A stretch of DNA of 64,000 nt, from assembly GCA_017503375.1 (NCBI GenBank), contig JAFVTF010000071.1:3036-67035 (forward strand), in the 5' to 3' direction. Below are positions 1 through 8,276 of the stretch, piece after piece. The stretch is from Lentisphaeria bacterium (lineage in GTDB: Bacteria > Verrucomicrobiota > Lentisphaeria > Victivallales > UBA1829). The notes under the pieces were generated by a model that was not told where the DNA came from, searched no databases, and saw only the letters and a program-made list of their open reading frames with translations. Positions within the stretch are counted from its first letter, which is position 1. The number at the start of each line of letters is the position of its first letter. The position numbers and the translations under genes are program-made.

Positions 1-229
1 AAAGTCTGTGTGCGATCCCGAAATAGATCGCCGGTGTTTCCAGACATTTTACACCGTCTTTTTCAATGATTTTGTATGTCTTTGCATCCGGAGTTTTTTT
101 CTTGACATCCATCCATCCGGCGAGCGGTTTTGCGGACCCGAACTGACTCTGGAAGAGAACTTTTTCAGCAGCGTTTACAGTGAAACCGATACCGATTGTC
201 AGCAATACAGTAATTAAAGACCTTTTCAT
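1..229 (-). CDS. secreted hypothetical protein, N-terminal part only (gene runs off the left edge)
   Basis: ATG at 229-227 on the minus strand gives MKRSLITVLLTIGIGFTVNAAEKVLFQSQFGSAKPLAGW..., a signal-peptide-like N-terminus. The frame stays open to position 1. It lies 18 nt downstream of the DUF1559 gene on the same strand. It is absent from the ORF track because it is truncated, and the plus-strand ORF 8..217 is its shadow. Confidence 0.5.
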   Translation of the reverse strand, partial: MKRSLITVLLTIGIGFTVNAAEKVLFQSQFGSAKPLAGWMDVKKKTPDAKTYKIIEKDGVKCLETPAIYFGIAHRL

Positions 230-247
230 GATAGGAGATTCCTGTAA

Positions 248-967
248 TTAATATTTGATATTGTCGAAAGCCTTGGGCATGTTCCCCATTGTTTCATAGG
301 CATACATATTCGGCATTTTAGATTCTGCATGACCATCCAGGAAAGCAAGGTTTGCTCTGTTTTGAGTGTGGATTCGCAGGTTGATCGCTTTACTTCCGCC
401 TGTCTGAACGCAGCGCATGATAAAGGCTCCGGGATTATCTTTTGCACGCATACGGGTTTTTACCCCGTAGGATTTCCATGTCATACCGCCGATATAGCTG
501 TAGGTCATGCATCCTTCCCAATAAAGATGTTTCAATGTGCTATGATTATATCTTGGTTTGGTTGTCAAACAGTAGAGGGGGCCTTTGTCGATATATCCTC
601 CGGCAAGATTCAAACCGAAGTTTTTATAATTTCCATTGGTGGCATGGAACTGATCTTTGTAAACATTATCTCCGCTGCTGTAAGTTTTTTCAGGGACAAA
701 CGGATCTTCTGTTTCTTTCGTGGAGTTCCCCGGAGTGATATAATCATCATTATCCCCTGCGTAAAGATGACAAGCCTGAGCATTCTGCTTCAAGTTGTTG
801 ATACAGCTTGCGGATCTTCCTTTTTCACGAGCCTGATTCAGAGCCGGGAGTAACATTCCGGCGAGAATTGCGATGATTGCAATCACAACCAGAAGTTCAA
901 TCAGCGTGAAGCACGCGTGCTTCATCCCTGTACACAGGGATAAAATGTCTTTACTTGCTTTTTTCAT
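248..967 (-). CDS. DUF1559-family GspG-like pseudopilin-type protein (prepilin-type N-terminal domain)
   Basis: The N-terminus ...[38 protein letters not shown] is a class III signal/pilin-like helix with Glu at +5. The C-terminal [10 protein letters not shown] motif is typical of PVC DUF1559 (H-X9-DG-type) proteins. ATG start. Confidence 0.85.
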   Translation of the reverse strand: MKKASKDILSLCTGMKHACFTLIELLVVIAIIAILAGMLLPALNQAREKGRSASCINNLKQNAQACHLYAGDNDDYITPGNSTKETEDPFVPEKTYSSGDNVYKDQFHATNGNYKNFGLNLAGGYIDKGPLYCLTTKPRYNHSTLKHLYWEGCMTYSYIGGMTWKSYGVKTRMRAKDNPGAFIMRCVQTGGSKAINLRIHTQNRANLAFLDGHAESKMPNMYAYETMGNMPKAFDNIKY

Positions 968-985
968 TTTTTGTTCCTTTTGTTA

Positions 986-1789
986 TTAGTTTATATCTTC
1001 ATTACCATGTTCAAACATCCATTTGCGAAAATATTCCGGAGCTTCCAATCCGGTATCGGCGATCGTATTGGAACAGACGATCACACCTTTGATTTTACCG
1101 TCCAGAAGGAAACGGTAATATAAATCCAGCTGGAATTTCATTTCATCGGAAGTGAGCGGTTTGCAATCTCCGTAACTGTAAAGATAACATCCGGCGTAAT
1201 GTTCTTTTCCGGGAGTCATGCTGATGATCCGGTTCAGATTGTTTTCTGCTTGAGCCAACTGTTCATTGTTCCAGGACCAGAAGGTGATTCCGTCGACAGC
1301 ATCCAGCCACGGAGTGTAATCAATGTCAAAAAGTCCTGCATAATAAACCAGCCACAACGATAATCTGCGGGGCGCATTGTGGAGCCGTTCAGCGATTCTG
1401 TGAAGTTCATCCGGCGTCAGACGGGCATCTTTTGTTGCCGGGCGGAACAGATCATCCAGAACACCGCCGACGATGTTCTGATATTTTTCTGCCTGCCGCA
1501 GAACTTCAGCCAGATCATCTCCGTTTTTGTCATTGCGTTTCGATGAAGCATCTCCCAGAACGGACCATATTACTTTTTTGAAATTTTTGAGTTTTTCAGA
1601 TTCTTCGTCAAAGGGAGGTTCAGGAATTCCATTGAATACAACACGGCAGCAGTTCGGAATCCCGAGATATTCCGCTCCTTCCCATGGTCCCATTCTGTTT
1701 TCTCCGGGAATTTTATATGCCGCTGCATCTCCGGTATGATGGCATCCTGCATGGTGTCCCCATATCCAGAAATGATCTTTTAGCTTCAT
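986..1789 (-). CDS. conserved hypothetical protein of an uncharacterised family (distant paralog at 45962..46984)
   Basis: 267-aa ORF with an ATG start, co-directional with and tightly packed between GH127 and the DUF1559 gene. It shares collinear motifs with the 45962..46984 product: HFWIWG/NLWVWG, GAEYLGIPN/GADYFGAKN, QNIVGGVLDD/PNIVGAMCDD, DGITFWSWN/DVINLWFWN, KIKGVIVCSN/GIVEGVVILGD. Confidence 0.7.
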   Translation of the reverse strand: MKLKDHFWIWGHHAGCHHTGDAAAYKIPGENRMGPWEGAEYLGIPNCCRVVFNGIPEPPFDEESEKLKNFKKVIWSVLGDASSKRNDKNGDDLAEVLRQAEKYQNIVGGVLDDLFRPATKDARLTPDELHRIAERLHNAPRRLSLWLVYYAGLFDIDYTPWLDAVDGITFWSWNNEQLAQAENNLNRIISMTPGKEHYAGCYLYSYGDCKPLTSDEMKFQLDLYYRFLLDGKIKGVIVCSNTIADTGLEAPEYFRKWMFEHGNEDIN

Positions 1790-1885
1790 GTGAAAACTCC
1801 TGTAAGTGTTAATTTAACATACCATAATATAATATGTCGCAGCTGCAATGTCAAATCCTTTTCAGAAAAAGTCCGGAAACAGAGA

Positions 1886-3733
1886 TTATTTTCTCCGTAT
1901 CCAGACAGCCATATTCGTTGCCCCGCGGTTTTGCCATAAAGCGTATGGAACAGCGTAAAATTCTGTTTCCGTATATTCCGGCGGATTCGTGTGGTAAAGT
2001 TCTTCTCCGGCAAATGTTTCTCTGACCGCTTTCCCTTTGATAACGGGCGTTCCTTCCGGCAGGTCGCAATGATTTTGAATGACTTCCAGCGGCTCTTTCG
2101 TATCCAGAATCAATTCCCGGACAGGTCCTGTCTGGTCTATTTCCTCCAATGCATAAACCACCGGCCCCCGCATGATTGCGATTCTTCCAGTATTTGTCGT
2201 GACGCGCGGATTTGCATAAATCCATTCCGCAGGCATATCCAGATTTAATTCCAAAACATCTCCGGCGTTCCACTGTCTGACAATATGAAGATTCGTGATT
2301 GCTTCTCCATTGAGTTTGGCGTTCCATTTTCTGCACCAGCCCGGAATCCGGCATTTCAGAGAAAATTCACTTTCAGAAACGATCTTTATAATGATTTTTC
2401 CATCGTAAGGATAATTTCCTTCAATATCAATTTTGACATTTTTACTATTGAGATTCAGTGTTGCATGATTGGATACCGGGATATTCAATGTGATTTCATT
2501 TTCTTCATCATTGACGGAATAAATGAATTTTCCCAGCTGAGGCAGGAATCTTGAAAAACTGGTCGGACAGCAGGAGCAGTTGAACCAGGGCTGCCGTTCT
2601 TTGGAAACGACCGACGGTTTCAGGTTCTCATCCACTTCAAGATAATTGGTATAGAAGAATTTGTTTCCATCCAGACTGATTCCCGAAAGAATTCCATTAT
2701 AAATGCAGCGTTCCACTGTATCAAGATATTTTGTGTTGCCTGTAATATTGAACATACGGATTGCAAAAAGAGCAAAGCCCATTGCCGCACAGCTCTCTGC
2801 ATACATGAGTCCTCCATTGGAAAGATCATAATCCACAGAGAATTTTTCCTGAAAGAAGTAAGAACCGATTCCGCCGGTCAGATACATCTGCTTTGAAACG
2901 ATATGATCGTGAAGCCGTTCGCAGACTGCAAGAAGCGATTCATCCTGATCGATTTCCGCAAGATCCGCCATGCCGCAGCAAAGATAGATCTGTCTGACCG
3001 CATGCCCGGTCCCGGCTGTCTGTTCTCTGACTGGCACATCTGCCTGCGCATATTTCCGTGGAGCAGGATCTTTTTCCACTTCTTCATAATAGTTCGGTTC
3101 CGTTCCCCGGTCATTGATAAAATATTGAAGGAGTTTCCGGTACTCTTCTTTTTTGGTCAGACGGTAAAGTTTTGCCAGAGCAAGTTCGATCTCTTCGTGT
3201 CCGGGCCAGCCGCGGCGTTTGCCTTCCTCAAAACCGAAAACGGAGCAGAGATAATCCGCATAACGGCAGAGACAATCCAGCAGTTTTGTTTTCCCAAGCG
3301 CCTGATACCCTGCAACGGCAGCTTCGATCAGGTGTCCGGCGCAATATAATTCATGGGCATAGGAAAGATGTTTGAACCGTTCTTCCGGCTTGACAACAGT
3401 GAAATAAACATTGAGATACCCGTCCGGCTGCTGAGCAGAACAGATGAGATCAACCCATTCATCGTATATTTTTTCCAATGCCGGATCCGGATTGAGGGCG
3501 AGAGCGTAAGCCATTCCTTCCAGAACTTTTGCCACATCAGAATCCCAGAAAATATGCGGGCGGTTCGGCATCCCTTCTTTCCAGTTAAGAGCAAATGCCT
3601 GGATCCGTCCGGTGTCGATGGTTTGTTTGATACACTGTGGGATGGTTGCGGCGTAACAATTTTTCTGGCGCGGTGCCATGACGGAGTCTTTCAGCAAGAC
3701 TGATTTCAGTTCCGGTGCAGTAAATTTTTTCAT
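1886..3733 (-). CDS. glycoside hydrolase family 127 (beta-L-arabinofuranosidase-like, DUF1680)
   Basis: 615 aa. The family-typical motifs are present: HELYCAGHLIEAAVA, MYAESCAAMG and the Cys cluster WFNCSCCPTSFSRF (the GH127 Cys/Zn site). A GGAGGGAG RBS sits upstream of the ATG. Confidence 0.85.
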   Translation of the reverse strand: MKKFTAPELKSVLLKDSVMAPRQKNCYAATIPQCIKQTIDTGRIQAFALNWKEGMPNRPHIFWDSDVAKVLEGMAYALALNPDPALEKIYDEWVDLICSAQQPDGYLNVYFTVVKPEERFKHLSYAHELYCAGHLIEAAVAGYQALGKTKLLDCLCRYADYLCSVFGFEEGKRRGWPGHEEIELALAKLYRLTKKEEYRKLLQYFINDRGTEPNYYEEVEKDPAPRKYAQADVPVREQTAGTGHAVRQIYLCCGMADLAEIDQDESLLAVCERLHDHIVSKQMYLTGGIGSYFFQEKFSVDYDLSNGGLMYAESCAAMGFALFAIRMFNITGNTKYLDTVERCIYNGILSGISLDGNKFFYTNYLEVDENLKPSVVSKERQPWFNCSCCPTSFSRFLPQLGKFIYSVNDEENEITLNIPVSNHATLNLNSKNVKIDIEGNYPYDGKIIIKIVSESEFSLKCRIPGWCRKWNAKLNGEAITNLHIVRQWNAGDVLELNLDMPAEWIYANPRVTTNTGRIAIMRGPVVYALEEIDQTGPVRELILDTKEPLEVIQNHCDLPEGTPVIKGKAVRETFAGEELYHTNPPEYTETEFYAVPYALWQNRGATNMAVWIRRK

Positions 3734-3838
3734 AAGGATCTCCCTCCTGTTTTGTTCTTTTTTAATATATTTTACAGAAAGCTGACTTGCAAATGATTTT
3801 CAAGGGGACTATATTACAGAAAAAGGAGATAAACTCGT

Positions 3839-4606
3839 ATGTTGTATGAAATTTATAACGGTGGAAGATTCATTTCCAGAGGGAAAGGGGAACACCCGAC
3901 CCGGATCATTGATACGGATGAGCTGATTTTTGTTCTTCAGGGAACCCTTGATATGTTTGAGTGCGAACAGCAGTTCAATGTCCGGAAAGGGGAATGGCTG
4001 ATCCTTCACCGTGGAAAACGGCATGGGGGCAAGGCGTTATACCCGAAAAATCTCTCCTTTTTCTGGCTTCATTTCCGGGATCTTGACGGCTGGCTTGAGA
4101 GACTCCCGCAACAAGGACAAGTGGAAAATCCCTCTGTCATTTCCGGTTACATCCAGAATTTTCTCAATGAACAGACCCGTTTGGAACCTGACAAAAATAT
4201 TTTGGATCTTCTTTTTCAGCTGATTTTTGCCGAATTGCGGCGGAAAACTGTTCCGGAACCGGACCGGACTCCTCTTGCTATCGCTGCAAAAAATTATGTT
4301 GATCTTCATTTTATGGAACCTGTCAATTTGTGTTCTGCTGCGGAAGAACTCAAGTGCAATACAGAATATCTCGGCAGATTGTTTCATCGGTGTTACGGAG
4401 AATCTTTTGTGGCTTATCTGAACCGGAAACGGATCGAACGGGCAGCAGGATATCTTGCTGATGGAGCATATTCTGTGAAAGAGATCATAGAGCTTTGCGG
4501 GTTTCGGGATCCAGCCTATTTCCGGCGGAAGTTCCGTTCCTGTTACAATCAATCTCCGGGGGAATACAGAGATAACCACAGCGGCGGACACCGTAATACT
4601 CTTTAA
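3839..4606 (+). CDS. AraC-family transcriptional regulator (cupin sensor + HTH)
   Basis: The N-terminal region is cupin-like (LIFVLQGTLDMFE...WLILHRGKRHGG). The C-terminal AraC HTH reads SVKEIIELCGFRDPAYFRRKFRSCYNQSPGEYR. It is divergent from GH127 and upstream of the 4852 operon, with an AAAGGAG RBS. Confidence 0.85.
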   Translation: MLYEIYNGGRFISRGKGEHPTRIIDTDELIFVLQGTLDMFECEQQFNVRKGEWLILHRGKRHGGKALYPKNLSFFWLHFRDLDGWLERLPQQGQVENPSVISGYIQNFLNEQTRLEPDKNILDLLFQLIFAELRRKTVPEPDRTPLAIAAKNYVDLHFMEPVNLCSAAEELKCNTEYLGRLFHRCYGESFVAYLNRKRIERAAGYLADGAYSVKEIIELCGFRDPAYFRRKFRSCYNQSPGEYRDNHSGGHRNTL

Positions 4607-4851
4607 GGTGCAGGATAATAGAAAGTTTTATCACAAAAAGTGTGTTTTAACATAAAAAAGCTGAAAAAATAGCAGATAATTCTATTTTTATCATAATTAG
4701 TTCTAGAAAATATGTTGATTATGGGTTATAGTATGACATGAAAGAGAATAAATTTTTACATTAAGAGGTAATTTCAAAAGTCCGGCAAGAATTTTCAGAC
4801 ATTTTTGAAGCCTTTTGAAAATGCCTCTAAGAAAAATAGAAAGGAAGACCA

Positions 4852-7800
4852 ATGGTCAAGAGTTGTCTGTCTTTTGCGGCTCTCGCCGCTGTTGTTGGTT
4901 TATTCGCAAACCAGAAATTGTCGGATAAAACGATCCTGCGCATGGCTCCTATGCCGAAAGCTCCCGTTATTGATGGCAAAATCAGCACGGATGAATGGCG
5001 TTATGCATCAACAACCTACGGCGGAATATCACCTGTCAGCGGATTGATGACCCGCCGTCAGAATGATTTCCGGTTCGGATATGATGCAAACAACATTTAT
5101 CTTTCCATAACAAGTGAAATGCCGCTGGCTCCGCAGCCGTTGACTTCCGATGACCGGGTGGAATTCCGTTTTCAGGCTCCCGGAAAAACAACCCCGGTTA
5201 TCATCAATTTTGACAGTAAAGGAAAAGGAAAGATTCCTGCCGGAGTGAAAATTGCAAACAGATTCGGTATATCTCTGATGAACTCTGAACAGGGACCGTG
5301 TTGGACAACTGAAGTCGCAATTCCGCTTTCTGTTTTTGGTGTTTCAGCTGTCGAAGATGGAAAAGAATGGAAATTCCAGATGATGCGCCACTGGTCCAGT
5401 CAGAAGGAAACCGGATATTTCCACAATCCGAAATATGGAGATGGTATGGCGACATTCATCCCGGACAAAAAATCTGTGACTGTCAGTTTCGATGGATTCG
5501 GACATCATATGTATCCGGCAACGGGGAATTACAACTGGACCTACCGTGTGGAAAGCCAGCTGAATACCAACGTTCATGTTCATTCCAACTGTTTCCGTTC
5601 CGGTTTGGACGGCGCTCCCACGCTTGATATCAACAATCCGGATCTGTTCGGAAAAGAAAAGAGAATCCGGATCGGTTACAGCGTGCTGGCGGAAAAAGGC
5701 ATCAGCAAATATTTCGAGTTGTATATGATGGCCCAGTTCCCCGGAAAACCCCGTTGTCTTTACTCTCAAATCGTTGCAAATGACAGAAAAACTGTTTATT
5801 ATCAGCGTTTGATGTTCTGGGATACTTCCATTGCTCAGCGAGCCGCAACCTATAAAGATTCCGTCGGTTATCCTTACTTGAGCAGCGCATTTTATCCTTC
5901 TTACGGAAACAAACTGCGAGTGGCCGCCACATTCAATAAGAAACTGCCCATCGGTTATGCGGAAATCAACGTGCGTGATTCCAAAGGAAAAGTTCTTCAC
6001 ACATTCAAAAAATCCGCTTTCGGAAATCCTCTGAATGATTTTGAAGATCAGACGGTTCTGAAAAATCTTCCCCTGGGTGATTACACTGTAACAATGGATA
6101 CCATTGCATTGGACGGCAGAAAATTCAGCCATCAGAGAACGTTCTCCATCCGGAAATTTGCATGGCAGGGATTGAACCTCGGAAAAGACCGGGTGATCAT
6201 TCCTCCGTTCAAACCCTTGAAACACTCTTCATGGAAAAAAGAAGTCCATGCACTTATGACAGGTTATAAAATCGGAGAAGGTATCTGGAGCAAAGTGTAT
6301 GCGGAAGGTGAAAATATTCTGGCGGCTCCCATTCAGCTTTTCCTTGATGGTAAACCGGTAAAAGCCGGAAAAATCAAACTGATTTCCGAAGAAAAAGACC
6401 GCGTGGTTTATGAAATGACCTCTCAGACCGGTAAAGTGAATTTCCGGATCACGCAGGATTATGATTATGACGGATTCTGCAAACTGACCGTGAAAGTCAT
6501 TCCTCAGGGAACTGTCAAGGTGAAATCCTTTGATCTCCGCGTGCCTGTCAAAGATGAATATGTCAAATATTACATGACCCTTGATGCAAACAGGAAACGC
6601 GCTTTGGGAAAACCGGACTGGACCGTTCAGAAAGGGCAGGGCGAGCTGAGCCTTGCTTCCGGACTCCGGTACAAAGGAAGAATCCAGAACTATTTCTGGT
6701 TCGGCGATGGTCGGAAAGGGATCAGCTGGATCATTGATACCCAGAAAGGATTCACACTGGATAAAAACACCTATCCGTACAAATTTATCCGTGAAGGTAA
6801 GACCGTCACTTATATTCAGCAGATGGTGAACGTTCCGACGGAATGGGATAAACCCTGGGAATTTGAAATGGGCTTTTCTCCCACACCTGTCAAACCTCAG
6901 GCAATGGGATACCGCAGCATCTCCCAGAATATGTATGATTATCCGACCGCAAAAGGTTCCGTTGCCGCCGGTATCATGAATATTACCCAGTGGCCCCTTT
7001 CTTATTACTATCCCATCAACATGTTCCCCAATGGCGATGATACCTATTGGAAAACAATACTTGCTTCCCGCGGGAAACAAGTTACCGAAGCTCAGCGGAA
7101 AAAATGGGCGGCTGATTATTATGCAAGACATAAGGACTGGCTGCTGAAAAATGCTCCGCTGATGGATCATTCCCGCTTCAAACGGCATTTGCTTGACCGC
7201 CGGGCATACAGTGATGATTATTTCCTGATTTATCATAACCCCGCATATTATTCAAAACGCTGGGCAGAAGCGGAAATGTACAAGGCAGAATGGCTCCCGT
7301 GGGATTATCCTGTGGATGATGCTCATAACGAATATATCGCATGCCAGACACCGGAATATATTGATAAACTCATGTGGGAAATGCAGACACAGATCAAGTA
7401 TGGTTTCGACGGTATGAACTTTGACTGTTTCCCGCTGGGCGGCGGATTCAATACAGTTTCCATGAAGGCATTCCGTGAAAAACCGGGACATGTGCCCATT
7501 ATCAACAATGCCAATATGCTTCAGATTGCTTCACCGGGAATCCGTTCTGCAAAGAATCTTTTCGGTTGGCGCGAACTGATGAAACGGACTGCTCATCTGC
7601 TCTATGTCAATAACCGACTGGTGTTCGGTGTGCCCTGGGTGGAAGTTCATTCTACAAATGCAACTGTCCCCTCGGTCGCAGCATTCTGTTCCACGGTGAT
7701 CACCACCGAATGTGCTTCCAAGGGCGGACATTACTTTGACCGTTTCCCGGACAGTTACACGCTCAGTGATTTGGTCGGAGCTGCCTCCGGTGTGATTCCC

Positions 7801-8253
7801 AGACCGATTTTCTCCACTCACTCAACCACAGTTTCTGTTCCGGAACAGATCAAGACTTTGATTTCCTTCTCCTTCGCATACGCTTTGATGAACCATGTTG
7901 ACCAGGGAATTGCACGCGGTTACAAAGAATATCAGACCATGCGTGATGAAGTATTCTCTTTCGGTTACGGACGTCCGGAAAACAAGACCATTGCGTTCTA
8001 TGACAGGGAAAAGCAGCCTGTTACATGCAATGCAGAAAATATCCGTACAACACAGGTGATCCGTCCTGATGGAAAGGCTCTTCTGATGGTTGGAAATCTT
8101 GGCGGTAAGGTCAAAGCAAAGTTTGATCTCTCCGGATTGAATTACAAGAAATTCAAAATCACGGATGTTTTCACCGGAAAAGTTCTTTCGACACCGGAGA
8201 TCGAAGTCGATACCCGTGGTTATGCTTTGCTGAAAATTGAAAAAATTAACTGA
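4852..8253 (+). CDS. large secreted protein, paralog 1 of 3: N-terminal CBM9/DOMON-like module plus uncharacterised C-terminal region
   Basis: 1133 aa with a signal-peptide-like start MVKSCLSFAALAAVVGLFA. The CBM9-like pattern is PVIDGKISTDEWRYAS...FRFGYDANNIYLSI...DDRVEFRF...CWTTEVAIPLSVFG. It is collinear with the next two ORFs over its full length. Confidence 0.85.
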   Translation: MVKSCLSFAALAAVVGLFANQKLSDKTILRMAPMPKAPVIDGKISTDEWRYASTTYGGISPVSGLMTRRQNDFRFGYDANNIYLSITSEMPLAPQPLTSDDRVEFRFQAPGKTTPVIINFDSKGKGKIPAGVKIANRFGISLMNSEQGPCWTTEVAIPLSVFGVSAVEDGKEWKFQMMRHWSSQKETGYFHNPKYGDGMATFIPDKKSVTVSFDGFGHHMYPATGNYNWTYRVESQLNTNVHVHSNCFRSGLDGAPTLDINNPDLFGKEKRIRIGYSVLAEKGISKYFELYMMAQFPGKPRCLYSQIVANDRKTVYYQRLMFWDTSIAQRAATYKDSVGYPYLSSAFYPSYGNKLRVAATFNKKLPIGYAEINVRDSKGKVLHTFKKSAFGNPLNDFEDQTVLKNLPLGDYTVTMDTIALDGRKFSHQRTFSIRKFAWQGLNLGKDRVIIPPFKPLKHSSWKKEVHALMTGYKIGEGIWSKVYAEGENILAAPIQLFLDGKPVKAGKIKLISEEKDRVVYEMTSQTGKVNFRITQDYDYDGFCKLTVKVIPQGTVKVKSFDLRVPVKDEYVKYYMTLDANRKRALGKPDWTVQKGQGELSLASGLRYKGRIQNYFWFGDGRKGISWIIDTQKGFTLDKNTYPYKFIREGKTVTYIQQMVNVPTEWDKPWEFEMGFSPTPVKPQAMGYRSISQNMYDYPTAKGSVAAGIMNITQWPLSYYYPINMFPNGDDTYWKTILASRGKQVTEAQRKKWAADYYARHKDWLLKNAPLMDHSRFKRHLLDRRAYSDDYFLIYHNPAYYSKRWAEAEMYKAEWLPWDYPVDDAHNEYIACQTPEYIDKLMWEMQTQIKYGFDGMNFDCFPLGGGFNTVSMKAFREKPGHVPIINNANMLQIASPGIRSAKNLFGWRELMKRTAHLLYVNNRLVFGVPWVEVHSTNATVPSVAAFCSTVITTECASKGGHYFDRFPDSYTLSDLVGAASGVIPRPIFSTHSTTVSVPEQIKTLISFSFAYALMNHVDQGIARGYKEYQTMRDEVFSFGYGRPENKTIAFYDREKQPVTCNAENIRTTQVIRPDGKALLMVGNLGGKVKAKFDLSGLNYKKFKITDVFTGKVLSTPEIEVDTRGYALLKIEKIN

Positions 8254-8276
8254 TAATATATAAAGGAAAACAGAAA

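Noticed and set aside
8-217. The plus-strand 69-aa ORF at the left edge.
   Set aside because: The opposite strand encodes a protein with a clean signal peptide starting at ATG 229, co-directional with the neighbouring operon. The plus-strand ORF has no RBS or motifs and is taken to be a shadow.
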